Positions 10,789 to 32,397 of a stretch of 64,000 nt of DNA are shown here, in pieces (position 1 is the stretch's first letter; each line of letters starts with the position of its first letter). The stretch lies in the NCBI GenBank assembly GCA_964035545.1, contig OZ037765.1:18414995-18478994 (forward strand). The letters run 5' to 3'. A model generated the notes under the pieces. It had not been told where the DNA came from and searched no databases. It worked only from the letters and a program-made list of their open reading frames with translations. This DNA is from Bugula neritina. Lineage: Eukaryota; Animalia; Bryozoa. A program made the position numbers and the translations under genes.

Positions 10789-13199
10789 TCAGGAAGATAC
10801 TGTCGACTCTGTGTGTTGGAGTTGATAAAGTTCCGCACAAATCAATTTGACCACTTCTCTGCTAGAATCTTTGAGAGCTGAAGCCACTAGCACTGGCTTT
10901 TTCACTTTGCAGGTCTGGGCAAACTGTCGCGCAATCACTTGAGTAAATTCCTATATTACAATCAGAATGCATGTGAAAGACACTGGGTTTCGAGGAAAAC
11001 TAAGGACTAGTAAAAACTAAGCTGTAGTTCCTGCTACTACAACACAAGACTTTAGAGAATATCTTACAGTTATGATCAAATTGATCTATTATCTAAAACT
11101 TTCCTCTTTTAATTATACTGGTAATTATCATATTTTTAGATGATCATCAGCAAATGAGCATTAGACAAAACCCCTTCAACAACATGGGGATAAATGATTA
11201 CTGAAAATGGCCAGGAGAGAAACGTAAAAATGCCCTGTGATTCAATCAGTAGAACAAGTGCTGAAGCCCCCTAGACACACTTTGCTGCACCGTAGGCCAT
11301 AACGTAAAATGTCAGCCATATTTACAAATGCACTTTAAAAACTTGAAAACTTCATTAAAAATGGTTGACATTTTACGCCGCTTACAGTGCAGCAAAGTGG
11401 GTCTAGGGGAAGTAGTACAGCAAAGGAGCTGCAAGGGGTTCTTTGTTTAAATTTCTGTCTAATTAAATTGAGTGATTTATTAGCAGAGTTCTAAGAATGT
11501 AGATTAAGCATATCCTGTTAAATGCAACTCCTAAAGCTTTGCAGCAAATCATGCATGAAACTTACTAGACTTCCTGCCACTGTGAATGACTTCAAGGGAT
11601 TATATTTTTGAATTCAAATGTACATACAAGCTAGCATTCTGAGTAAATTTAATATTCAAGACCATCGTTTGGTCTAGGGGTTAGAGTGTTTGGCTTGACA
11701 AACACAAAGTCGTGGGTTCGAACCCCAGTAAAAGCCATTGGTGATGTTAGGAAGAGCATACAGTCATAATAGCTCTCATGCGACATAGATGAATAAGTCT
11801 TTAGCCTGCTTTAAAAAACCATTTTGATCAGGGGTTTCTCACATGGATGGCGACTATAAACCTGCATGCGTTTTTTTTATCCTTTGATGAAGTGGTGACT
11901 TTCATAATACAGGACTACATTCAGCAGATGGCCTGTTAAGTGAATTACACATCGTACTTAGTAAAATATCCCCATCAAAAGTTTTTAGTAAGACACTGCA
12001 ATTCGGATTGAATTGTAATGAAAGTAATAACAAATACCCATATTGTTATTCCATACAAATAATAAAGTACTTTTAAAATGACTTTACTGTCTTTTTCAAA
12101 GCTGTAGAGACAAGAGAACACAATTTCAATTGCAAATCAAAGAAGCAATGTGTGTAAGGTGACTGACAATTTAGCTTTTCTTGGACTATAAGTTGTTTAG
12201 TTATTCTCAATATTATACAAACGTTACGCAAAATAGTGGCTTTTTTCTACCTTCAAGAAGTATTATTATTAATAGAACTGAATTTTTTTTACAAATCTCC
12301 AGTGAAAATTTCTTTTTTTAAAAGCTACAGCCACAATTAAAAGGTGGTAGGTGAATAGCAAAACTACCATTAAAGACAGTTAGAAACTTAGCTTATATTA
12401 AAACAACAAAACTGGCTTAGCAGTAAAAAAAACCTTTAAACTAGGATATGATTGTTAACTTACATTGTCAGCACCAAGCACAACTTGCATTGTATAAGTC
12501 TTTACATTATCAGAGTGAGGCAATGCTGCATCTTCTGTAACCAATGTCTAAAAATGTAGAATAATAAATCTGCTATAAGTATCGTGGTTTAAGCAGAATT
12601 GTAAAAACTAATATGTGTAATCTCTAAGCATATACATGTATTCAAAAAATAGCTGTCTTACCAAAGTACCGAGTTTTCTGTGCTGAGTAACTATCATAAG
12701 ATATTTGTCCGCAAACTCTTGGCAGAGAAGATTAGTTGGGATTGCATTAACAACCACACATTTCTAAATCAATAAAAAATTTATAAAATTTATATATTAT
12801 AAATTTATATATTATAAATTTATAAAATCTTTTTTCTAAATAACAAATAACAAATCATTCTCACGTGAGATCGTTCAACAGAATTACAAAAATATGTATA
12901 TTATTTCCTACAATATTATATTACTATATTTATGGATATATTTTATTCAACATTAGCTATATATCAGTTACAACAATATGGGTTTGCTGACATGTACAAG
13001 CACTGGGTAACTGCAAACTTTTAGGTAATAAAATGTGAAATAAGTAATAAAAATTACTAAAATAGATATACTTTAATCAATCGTATTCTTAAGCAAGACA
13101 CTAATGACGGATAAATGAGCATTCAAATTAAATAATTTACCAAACCCACCGTATTATATTAATCATAAATACCTGAATAGGTTCTGAGTGTTGAGGCAT
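10789..13199 (-). CDS. PSMG3: Proteasome assembly chaperone 3 (PAC3), 124 aa
   Basis: Exons 13199-13173 (MPQHSEPIQ), 12763-12662 (KCVVVNAIPTNLLCQEFADKYLMIVTQHRKLGTL), 12547-12464 (TLVTEDAALPHSDNVKTYTMQVVLGADN) and 10950-10789 (EFTQVIARQFAQTCKVKKPVLVASALKD...*), all phase 0 GT-AG. Matches PAC3 motifs VTQxGKxGTL, VLLG and VLLAxAxKD. The first coding exon is the least certain. Confidence 0.87.
11267..11409. mobile_element. Small palindromic MITE in PSMG3 last intron
   Basis: CCCCTAGACACACTTTGCTGCACCGTA pairs with TACAGTGCAGCAAAGTGGGTCTAGGGG, and the inner CGTAAAATGTCAGCCAT pairs with ATGGTTGACATTTTACG. TSD is ambiguous (AAG or GAAG). Confidence 0.75.
11660..11880 (+). mobile_element. tRNA-derived SINE, copy 1
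   Basis: A box TGGTCTAGGGG (11670-11680), B box GGTTCGAACCC (11715-11725), then a non-tRNA body (GGTGATGTTAGGAAGAGCATACAGTCATAA...) colinear with the copy at 38185-38390. Confidence 0.8.
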
Positions 13200-14719
13200 A
13201 ATGTAACTTCTTTTAGGACCTGCAGCCTGTTATTAGAACTGCCTCTTACACTTCACCATAAACCGAAATCATACTGCAGTGACACGTAGGTACATTATAG
13301 TCACATATCCACAACAGAAACAAAAGTAATGCAAATAGTTTGTGTTTTCGACAAAATATTACTTGAAACTATATTAATTTGGGTAATTGCAAGGTTAGGG
13401 TTGAATTTCAGCACAAAACAGTCAGTAAAAAGCATATCACTACATTTTGTTACACAAGTTAAATCAGCTACAGATATTATTTTAAGTTTGTTAGCTGACA
13501 GACAGGAAAGCCACAAAAAGCCTGAAGTGGATGCCCTGTGACAAGTTGAGGCCAAGCAATGATGGTCTGCAAACATCATTACTGCAGTAAATGTAAACTT
13601 GCATAAATCAACTAAAAAACGCATCATAAATTTAAAACCATATTTTTACTAGATAGCTTTTGAATTGAATTTGGTCTTCTATTTACACCCTTTACATGTT
13701 CTATCTTAGACTGAGGAAATATTGTATCGTGTTAAAGCATACTAGTACCATTTAACGGTTTTAGTCATAATTTTGCCTGCACTCTTACTTTCATTTAAAA
13801 AATTAGACCATTATAGTCTAGACTACACCAAAACTGCTTACAAAATAACAACCAGATAACTTTAGTGTATTAATCCTACCAAGAGAGTCTCAAATAATTG
13901 AGAAATAAGTTGTGGTAATTTAGTGACTACCAAAATATTTTGCCACTAGTGGGTTTATGCTTTTACACAAGTTTGAATGGAACACTTTGATTAGAAAACT
14001 ATAACAGATAACTTTTTCTAAACTTGACGATTGTTTAGGCATAAATAGCAAAATTGTTTTAAACAAAGCTACAATAGTAAAAGAAATGTTTCAAAAAATA
14101 TATTTGAAAGAATGACTTTTGTTTAAAAAGGTAACTATTTAAGTGGTTCTACTCCAAAAGGCTCTAATAAACTTTACATTTCACAGTTTAAAAATGTCTT
14201 TTAGGACCAATTTTTTGGCAAAATACTATAGCAATCATTTTCAATATAAATTGCAACTAAAATAATAATAAATATAAATAATATCTAAATAAATACAGAA
14301 TAAAAACTATAAGCATAGCAAGGGTTGCAAAGATTATTTTAAAGCAACATAATAAGTACTAGTAGCATGAACTAAAAGAAATAGTTAAATCATATATATT
14401 CATCAAAATGATTTATATTGGATTTAGTTAGGGAGTAATTGTTTAATTCACAATTCTAGCTTTTAAACACTTACAAAACTTTGTATAAATCTAAATTCAA
14501 ATGCTAGTTATATGCAGACTTAGTCAACTTAATCTAATAGTAATGGAATCAGTTAAACCCATGATTACAGTCATAGCTATATTGGGAAAACTATGAAATT
14601 TTTCCGTCACAATAATACTAATGGTAATAGCGATTTTATTGTAATTATTTAATATCTGATTACTATAATTACCTTTCACTTAAAAACTGAAGAGTTTAAA
14701 TATTACTTATTTTCTACAA

Positions 14720-15329
14720 TAAATATAAGTAGTAGGTTAACTAATACTAGTAGGTATTACTAATACTATTAGTATTAGGTTTAACATAACTATAAGTTTA
14801 AGCTGAAAGTATAAACTTGAAGTATAACTATTAACTTTAAAGTATTATACATTAGTACTATTATTACTATAAGTATTACAATCAGTATAGATATTTGAAT
14901 AACACTAATTCTAGTCGTAGGAAATATGAGTATGAGTATCACTATCAGTATTGTAATTTTGACTATGAACGTCTGTGTAACACCATATGTAGAAGTTCTC
15001 CACAGGTTAGGAGAGTCACAACAATAATTTTTTATTAATTTTAAATCTGATCAATTTCAACTGGTGAGCTAAATGTGAAAAATGAATATCGTGATTTTTG
15101 AGCAGCAGCTTGGTTGAACTTGATGGTAGAGCAGTTTCCTATTCAACTTTACAATACGACATTATAAAATTAAATATCAATTATAATAGGTAATATCATA
15201 ATAATTATAATTTAGTACAAATAATTATAACATATATCAAATCTTAATATATTATATAATATAATGATTTAATATATAAATATAAATAATAATCATAGTA
15301 TTTATTATTATACTGCTACTGCTACACTG

Positions 15330-15417
<88 letters not shown>

Positions 15418-15900
15418 CTAAATAGTAAAATACAATACTAATACTAAGTCTAATAGTAATAGTAATAGGAATACTAACACTAACAGTTTATTAATTATTA
15501 ATAATATTAATAACAATTCAAATTATAAATTAAATTAATAGTACTAAAATATAACTATGTACAATTATATAATTATAAGTATAAGTATGATTATTTATTA
15601 TCATTATGGTTATGAGTTATGACTATTATTACAAATGATATAAATACTATTCATTAAATTTATTCATTGATGATTTAATCTAAAATTAAATTTAATGACT
15701 GTCAACTATCATGTATAAGAGTATTACTAATAGTAATAGTAATAGTATTACTAATAGTAATACTAATACTAATAGTAATACTATTACTATTACTATTAGT
15801 GTATTAGTATTACTCATAGACTTAGAGTTAGAGTCATACTCATACTGTTACTGTAATAGTAATACTAATAGTTATACTTATACTTATAGTAATATTCAAT
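14720..15900. repeat. 3/6-bp-periodic ANT tract upstream of PSMG3
   Basis: e.g. 15720-15800 AGT ATT ACT AAT AGT AAT AGT AAT AGT ATT ACT AAT...; 14925-14970 AGT ATG AGT ATC ACT ATC AGT ATT. Confidence 0.7.
15331..15412. repeat. (TA)n microsatellite, about 41 units
   Basis: Uninterrupted TA run. Confidence 0.97.
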
Positions 15901-16601
15901 AAATATATTTGTGATTATTTACACAAAGAATGTAAATTTGAGTAATCTTAAAGCTCTATCGTACAAAATTGTCCACTGAAGTTCTGTAAGTAAGTTAGAA
16001 ATTTTAAATCACATAACACAAATATTACATCTTAATCTATATTATTATTATTATTAAATTGCTCGCTTCTCAAAATGCGGAAATATCTCTGTAGGAAAGT
16101 TGAAGTGCTGAAGTACCAGTACGAATGGCGAATGCTAGTATTGATTGTACCAAAATTAGACTGGGTTTCGTGACATAAACTTGAACTAGGGCAGATGACT
16201 CTTGTAACAGGTTTCTCTGATCGCCACTTCCTGTAGGTCACTAGGTCAGCTTTAATAAACTAAAATTTCAAGTGTCTGTTTACTCAACTACTGAAACGGT
16301 TACCCGTCTGTTGATTCTCAGTTCCTAGGACCAGACTTTTTAATCACTATGCAGGAGTTGCTACTAACAGTTACTAAGTGATGTGAGTAAATCCTTAGTC
16401 AGTAATTTGATAACTTTCACTTTGATTAAGAGTAAGACTTAGACTGAGAGCAAATTGGGTTCAAAATTATACATAATTAGGGATAGCCTCTAGTTTAAAA
16501 ATATTTTTCAAGCATTTATAGGTACCAGGGTATTTACGAAATTATTTAAATAATTCAATTAGTTTATACAATTTATTTTACACTGCCACCACCGTACCAA
16601 G

Positions 16602-17612
16602 ATGACCAAAAGTAAAAAAATAGAATCTCAGCCAGTGAACTCTGAATCAAAACGACTTGAAGATGGGCAGGCGGATAATAGGGGTAGCAACATCGATATC
16701 AGTAGTAACCATGAGGAAAGATGTGCCACATGCAATGAGACAGATTGCACTCTCCAAGGGAGGAACAACAGGCAAATCAAGGTTCTCACTAAGTGGATTA
16801 CCTGTGATCTCTGCAACCAATGGTACCATGGAATATGCCAGGACCTGCAGCCAGCTGATGTATCGTGCATAACTAAGTTGGCAGAGAAAGGCGTGAGCTG
16901 GAAGTGCAGTGACTGCAGAGATAAAACAGAAAACAGCCTACATGTAGAGAGTCTAACACAGCCCATGACTCAAAAAACAACACAGCAGATTGACAACATA
17001 GAGAGGATAGTGAAGGTAATTGCTGAACAAAGCCATAAATTGGGTGAGATGGAACAGAAGTGGTCCGATGTCGTCAAGCAAAATCTTGAGAACATTGACA
17101 GGAATAAACAGATTGCGGCGGATGCAAAAACATTGATAGAAAAGAGTCACCAACTGAGGGAAGAAGAAAGTAGGAAGAGCAACGCTATCGTTACCGGGGT
17201 CACTGAGAAAGATGGTAAAACAGCAATGGAGCAGGTACAAGAACTAATGAGAATGGAATGTTTTACCAAAACCAACTCACCAACTCAGGCTTTTAGGCTA
17301 GGAAAAAAAACAGAAAATGATGTACAAAAACGTCCAATCAAGGTGAGATTTGAGGATGAGCAATCAAAATGGGAGTTCGTTAAAAGGTTCAACAATCAAA
17401 TACTGAGAGAACAAGGTATTTACTGCAGACTTGATGAAAGCAAAGAAATCCGAAATCAACAATTCCAGCTGAGAAAGGAAGTTAACAGGCTTAGAGAGGA
17501 AAATACATCTATAGAATATCGAGTGAGAGACATGCATATACAAGAAAAGCAAGCCTCGGGGGAATGGAAAATAATGAAACAAGTCCAGCAAAAGAGAGTG
17601 ACGGAATGCTGA
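16602..17612 (+). CDS. LINE ORF1p: PHD finger, coiled coil and RRM/CTD-like region
   Basis: CATC...WITCDLCNQWYHGIC...WKCSDC (C4HC3 PHD), then RKSNAIVTGVTE and RLGKK...RPIKVRF, typical of CR1/L2-group ORF1 proteins. Confidence 0.88.
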   Translation: MTKSKKIESQPVNSESKRLEDGQADNRGSNIDISSNHEERCATCNETDCTLQGRNNRQIKVLTKWITCDLCNQWYHGICQDLQPADVSCITKLAEKGVSWKCSDCRDKTENSLHVESLTQPMTQKTTQQIDNIERIVKVIAEQSHKLGEMEQKWSDVVKQNLENIDRNKQIAADAKTLIEKSHQLREEESRKSNAIVTGVTEKDGKTAMEQVQELMRMECFTKTNSPTQAFRLGKKTENDVQKRPIKVRFEDEQSKWEFVKRFNNQILREQGIYCRLDESKEIRNQQFQLRKEVNRLREENTSIEYRVRDMHIQEKQASGEWKIMKQVQQKRVTEC

Positions 17613-20335
17613 AAGTATTCCTCGCCAACACTAGATCTGTTAAAGGTAAAACCACTGAACTGCAATTTCTCACCACAGATTCTGACATAATTTGTCTCAC
17701 TGAAACACACCTAGATGACACAATACCTAATAGCAATATTCTACCAATCAAGAACAAAACAGTATTTCGTCGTGATCGCAACATTTGTGGGGGAGGAGTT
17801 ATGGTGGCTGTATGCGACCGTTTAAATCCCAAACTAGTAGATCTTAGTGAGTATAGGGAAGAGGTGGTAGCAGTGAAAATTCAACCACGAATGGTCATCT
17901 GCTGTTACTACAGACCTTATGTACATCTCTCCAACACAGATGTTATAAATGATATTTTGGATTACCTACAAAGAGAGTATCAAAGGCACACTATTTTGTT
18001 TGTTGGAGATATGAACTTTCCAGGGATTGACTGGAATACAAAAGCAGTAAAGCCCTTGACCCCATACAAAAAGATTCATCAGAATTTTCTTAATGTACTA
18101 AATAGCCATAAAATGACTCAAGTGGTAAAAGGATCAACACACCTTCTTGGTAACACGCTGGACTTAATATGCACCAACCAGCCTAACGTTATATGTGACA
18201 CTGAGATCGTAAGCCCAGGTCTTAGTGATCATTCATTGATCATTACTCATGTCCAAAGTGCAACCACCGCTACCCTGAGAAAACCACAAACTTTCCGGCT
18301 GTACAAGAAAGCCAATCAAGAAGCATTTCAGGAAGATATGCAAAAAACATCAGAGGCATTAGCAGTTTTGGAGGACCCAGAGGAAATGTGGAATCTCTTC
18401 GCGGAAAACTTACAAAGAAGTATTGGTCAGCACGTCCCAATCAAGCAGCTGAAATCACCCCACCCCTCTGTCCCAGAGTGGTTCAATAAAAAAGCTATGA
18501 AAATCAAAGAGAGAGTAAGGAAGGCACATAGGCGATCCAAAGTCAACTCAAATAGCTTTGATCGTGAACAGTACAAAAAACTGAGAAGAGACGGGAAGAA
18601 AGAGCTGGAAGTAATACGAAAAACCTTTTACACAAACAGAATATATCGTCCACTAAAAAGAGGGAACTCAAAGCCTTTCTTCAAACTGCTTAAAGCAGAC
18701 AAAAACAAAAGACAAGAGCTATTGGTACTGAAGGACGATCAAAATATAGTGACGGAAGATCCTGTCCAATGCGCTGAGTTGTTGAACACTTTTTTCCAGA
18801 GTCAGTTCCAACTGGGCTTTATGGCAGAAGACTTCTCAAGGATCGAAACCGATGCCCAAGATTCTATTGATGTTACACCAGAAGGGGTTGCCAAACTTAT
18901 CCAAAATTTGCCAAATGGAAAATCGCCAGGACCTGATGGAATTCGAAAGCCTGACATGCTCATAGACTTGGAGGGTACTGCTAGATGTCTTGCTCTGATC
19001 TACAAAAGTTCCTTAGACACAGGTAAACTGCCAAAACAGTGGAAACTTGCAAATGTCACACCAATACATAAAGGCGGGGGCAGTGAATCTCCAAACAACT
19101 TTAGGCCCGTATCCCTGACAAGTATTCCCTGTAAAATGATGGAGCACATCGTGCTTCATCACCTCAATGAAAAGCTTGACAGTGTGCTTCACCATCGGCA
19201 GCATGGTTTTAGGAAAGGACTGTCCTGCCAAACTCAACTGTGTGTTACCTACCATGACCTAGTAAAAGCAGCCGATGAAGGACATACTACCCATGCAGTA
19301 GTTATGGATTTCAAAAAGGCTTTTGACAAGGTACCTCACCTTATGTTGCTCCAAAAATTACAAGAGATACCGGGTATAAATGGATACCTCCTTAACTGGA
19401 TACTCGATTTTCTTTCCGACCGACAGCAGTCTGTTGTACTTAGAGGGGCAAGCTCTCAAAAGTGCCGAGTAACCTCAGGAGTGCCGCAGGGATCTGTGCT
19501 AGGTCCAATCCTGTTTTTGTGCTATATAAATGATCTTCCGGATTTGTTGTCATGTAAAGTCAGCCTCTATGCTGATGACACTCTACTTTACCAAACTGTG
19601 AACACCACTAAGGATGCAGAACTATTCCAAACTAATATTAACGCTGTATATGAGTGGTCTCTAAAATGGAAAATGCCCTTCAATGAACAGAAATGCCAAG
19701 CAATTAATTTTGGTAAGGTAACCCCTATATCACACTACAAACTCGGTACCACATGCCTTGCGTGGGTACAAAGCACTAAATACCTTGGGGTAACCATCCA
19801 GTCAAACCTAAAGTTTGATCAACACATAAATAACAAGTGTACCAAGTCCCGGAAAATTCTTGGCGGCATCAAGCATTTGATGTATGATGCCCCAAAAGAT
19901 GCTAAGCTATTGGCTTATACAAGTCTATGTAGGCCTATACTCGATTATGCGGATGTGGTTTGGGATCCTGCGGCTAGGGGTAAAGTGCATGATATAGAGC
20001 TGGTCCAGAACAGTGCCATACGATTTATAAGCGATATGAAGGGACGTGCTGACAGTGTTTCTGAGGCGAGGGATGAGTTAGGACTCCGGTCGCTGGAAGA
20101 CAGACGAAAAAATCATCGACTGTGTTTGCTGACCCGAATTCTTCAAAATGAGGATCAACACCAGTCTCTATCCAGAGCCTATGACGAAATAATTGAAGGC
20201 AGGGAACTTGTAACTGTAACCACTCGAGCGGCTGCCAGAGGAGAGCTTATCTCTATATCATCTAGGAAAAACTTATTCCACACTAGTTTTCTACCACGAA
20301 CAATTCGTGAAATGCGCGGAGAATATAATAACTAA
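17564..20335 (+). CDS. LINE ORF2p: AP-like endonuclease and reverse transcriptase (likely start ATG 17606)
   Basis: APE motifs NTRS, LTETHL, GDMNFP, LDLI, SDH. RT motifs QHGFR, DFKKAFDKV, GVPQGSVLGP, YADD, YLGV. C-terminal SFLPRTIREM with no CCHC knuckle. No stops. Confidence 0.95.
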   Translation: MENNETSPAKESDGMLKVFLANTRSVKGKTTELQFLTTDSDIICLTETHLDDTIPNSNILPIKNKTVFRRDRNICGGGVMVAVCDRLNPKLVDLSEYREEVVAVKIQPRMVICCYYRPYVHLSNTDVINDILDYLQREYQRHTILFVGDMNFPGIDWNTKAVKPLTPYKKIHQNFLNVLNSHKMTQVVKGSTHLLGNTLDLICTNQPNVICDTEIVSPGLSDHSLIITHVQSATTATLRKPQTFRLYKKANQEAFQEDMQKTSEALAVLEDPEEMWNLFAENLQRSIGQHVPIKQLKSPHPSVPEWFNKKAMKIKERVRKAHRRSKVNSNSFDREQYKKLRRDGKKELEVIRKTFYTNRIYRPLKRGNSKPFFKLLKADKNKRQELLVLKDDQNIVTEDPVQCAELLNTFFQSQFQLGFMAEDFSRIETDAQDSIDVTPEGVAKLIQNLPNGKSPGPDGIRKPDMLIDLEGTARCLALIYKSSLDTGKLPKQWKLANVTPIHKGGGSESPNNFRPVSLTSIPCKMMEHIVLHHLNEKLDSVLHHRQHGFRKGLSCQTQLCVTYHDLVKAADEGHTTHAVVMDFKKAFDKVPHLMLLQKLQEIPGINGYLLNWILDFLSDRQQSVVLRGASSQKCRVTSGVPQGSVLGPILFLCYINDLPDLLSCKVSLYADDTLLYQTVNTTKDAELFQTNINAVYEWSLKWKMPFNEQKCQAINFGKVTPISHYKLGTTCLAWVQSTKYLGVTIQSNLKFDQHINNKCTKSRKILGGIKHLMYDAPKDAKLLAYTSLCRPILDYADVVWDPAARGKVHDIELVQNSAIRFISDMKGRADSVSEARDELGLRSLEDRRKNHRLCLLTRILQNEDQHQSLSRAYDEIIEGRELVTVTTRAAARGELISISSRKNLFHTSFLPRTIREMRGEYNN

Positions 20336-20479
20336 TTACAAAACAGCAAATGCTGTAACTAGTGCTAACCCTGGTCCAATGTAAGTTTTCACTAGAGGCT
20401 TCCCTATAGACTTTCCAGTTGCTGCGGAAGTCCTACCTCAACTGAGGTAATAAACTGAGGTAATAAGTCGTAACACAGA

Positions 20480-21190
20480 CACTAACTAACACAGTTAAAC
20501 TTAAACTTAAAGTAAAGTGAAAGTCTAAAGATTGATAAGTTTAACTCTAAATCTCAGATCAAGAGTAAAATTAAAAGTAAGTGTCAGTAGTGTATAAGTG
20601 TAACAAAATTTCAACTATAAAATTATTAAAATGAAAAATATAACTAAAAGTACTAGAAGAATAAGAAGTAGAAGTATAAAATTAAGAATAAGTGTTACTG
20701 TTAGTGTTACTGTTAGTCATAGTGAGTTAATAATATTAAATTTAATATTAAAATTAAAAAAGTCATAACTTGTATTTGCAGTTAAACTTAATGTTATACT
20801 TATAGTTATAGTTATAGTTGTAGAATTATTAATATTATATTTTTATTAATATGAATATTATCATTGTTTTAAACTTATACTATACTTATAGTTGTAGTTC
20901 AGTCACAACTGACAACAGTGCCACACTGAAAGTGAATAACACTATGACCGTAAGACTATCAGTATCACCATGACTGACTATGAGTATAACTTAAACTCAC
21001 TATAATATTAACTCAACGTGAGTAACTACAATAAGTATGGCTCAGTCTAAAAAGTGTCACAATCGTAATCATAACATTATTGATAATGTTAATATGAATA
21101 ATTATTATTATGAAGCTAAAACTAAAGGCAATGGTATGTTAGATAATTTAAATTACATATTATTCACTATCTCAATGAGTATGAATATGG
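20480..21190. repeat. 3/6-bp-periodic AGT/ACT tract upstream of PI4KB
   Basis: e.g. AGTGTTACTGTTAGTGTTACTGTTAGT (20691-20717), ACTATCAGTATCACCATGACTGACTATGAGTATAACT. A candidate non-coding-exon donor AAC|GTGAGT lies at 21018. Confidence 0.7.
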
Positions 21191-22236
21191 TTTTCATTTG
21201 AGATATCACATTTTGTCATTTGTTTTTGATAGAGTGATGTGATGATATTAATTATATGAATAAATATCATGATTAGACTATCAAATCATCAATATGAATA
21301 TGGCCATATGAAAATTAAATTAATATATAATGAAATACCTCTTTTACTTTGAAGGCAATAAAAATGATATAGAAATTTTAAAATCATATGAAGTTTTAAT
21401 GAGTTTCAATTTATGCCTAAAGTAAAAGTTCTGCAAAGCAAAAATAAAAAAGCTTCGAGAAAGTTCTCTGAAAATTAACAAATAAAGCAACCACTCATTA
21501 TGATTAGAGTACATAAATAATTATACTAACAAAAGTTATTACTGTAATTATACAGGTTTAATTTGTGATATTAAAACAATGTGTATAATGGTATATGTTA
21601 AACATTTTCTATTGCATCTTTATATTTGTAGTGCATTTCTGGTAACCATATTGATGCAGATTGTTCAGTTGTAATTAAAAATTGTAACATTATCAAATAT
21701 TTTCAAAAACTTTCTACAATATCAGATGTTTTGTTAATTCCTTCTAGTCATAATTTCATTGTGTTATTCCTATAAGATTTGAGGCTTTAGATGCAATTTT
21801 ATTTGTTCAATCAACAGTTTAATAGCTATGTAGAGCAGAAAACATGGTATTCTATAAAATAAAAATTTATGATGCAGATAAATTGCAGCTATTTGATCAC
21901 AGGTGCAAATAAAAGTTTGTATATTTAAAGCCCAGAGCCTCAAATTGGGTTTTCTGTGAGCAGCAATAGTATATCTCTCAGTTACAAATTCTTGCTTATG
22001 AAATTTTATGAAGCTGACATAGAATAGTAAGCAGCGAGACTGTTTTTCATAGGAGTTTGTAACGATTGTCGGTAACTTCTTATCCTACAAAATATTTTCA
22101 CGGAGAACAAAATATAACTTCTTGTGCCGACCTCAGTTCTATTGGCATTTGAGAGTGAAACTAAACAATTGTGAATGTCTGCTTATGTGTTTTGTAGTTC
22201 TTCATTCGCAAGTATTTATGGCATTGTTGAAATGAA

Positions 22237-31860
<9,624 letters not shown>

Positions 31861-32397
31861 TGCAATTTTCTACACGTCTATGTCAGCAGTGCCAACTATT
31901 GTAGTTAACACAGGTTAAAAAGACTTTTTTAAATTCATTAATGAAGAAAATATTTTAACATTCAGCAGGGTTTTCACCTGTCATTAAATTATTTCTTAGG
32001 TGCTCTCATACTGTCATTTTTCTATTCTCACTTTTTATACGAGGTACCAATGTTGAGCAAATTTCATTGAACTACTTATCAAATGTATTTGTTTTCTCAG
32101 GTGCAGTATTAGTTTAGTTAGTATTATATATGTTATGTTTTAGCCTACAGCTGCAAGTCAACTATCAATGCAAACTGATAAAGTTATATTTATAATATTA
32201 ATTTCTATATTCTTACTCTGCACTGTAAATCAACAAGTGTCTCATTCAGTACATAATTTAAATAATATATATGTACATGTCAACCACTTTCTAGACAATA
32301 CAAATTATTTCTTTAAAAACCAGAAATGTTCAGTTACATACTTGTCTTTCAACACATAAATTTCTTATATATTTATCAATATGAATATTTAAGTTAT

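Larger units (their letters stand above)
16060..20466 (+). mobile_element. Apparently full-length CR1/L2-group non-LTR retrotransposon
   Basis: Intact ORF1 and ORF2, short 3' UTR ending in (AACTGAGGTAATA)x2 at 20440-20465. The 5' boundary is approximate (composition shift near 16060). No TSD found. Confidence 0.9.

Noticed and set aside
11660-11735. Possible tRNA gene
   Set aside because: A and B boxes are present but there is no convincing acceptor stem, and homology to 38185-38390 continues about 150 nt beyond the tRNA-like part, so it is a SINE.
11800-11880. SINE tail as partner of one of the two LINEs in the window
   Set aside because: No visible similarity to the 3' end of either the CR1/L2-group or the RTE element.
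16628-19255. Antisense and alternate-frame ORFs inside the LINE (likewise 59011-61944 in the RTE)
   Set aside because: Shadow ORFs of long coding sequence with no recognisable motifs.
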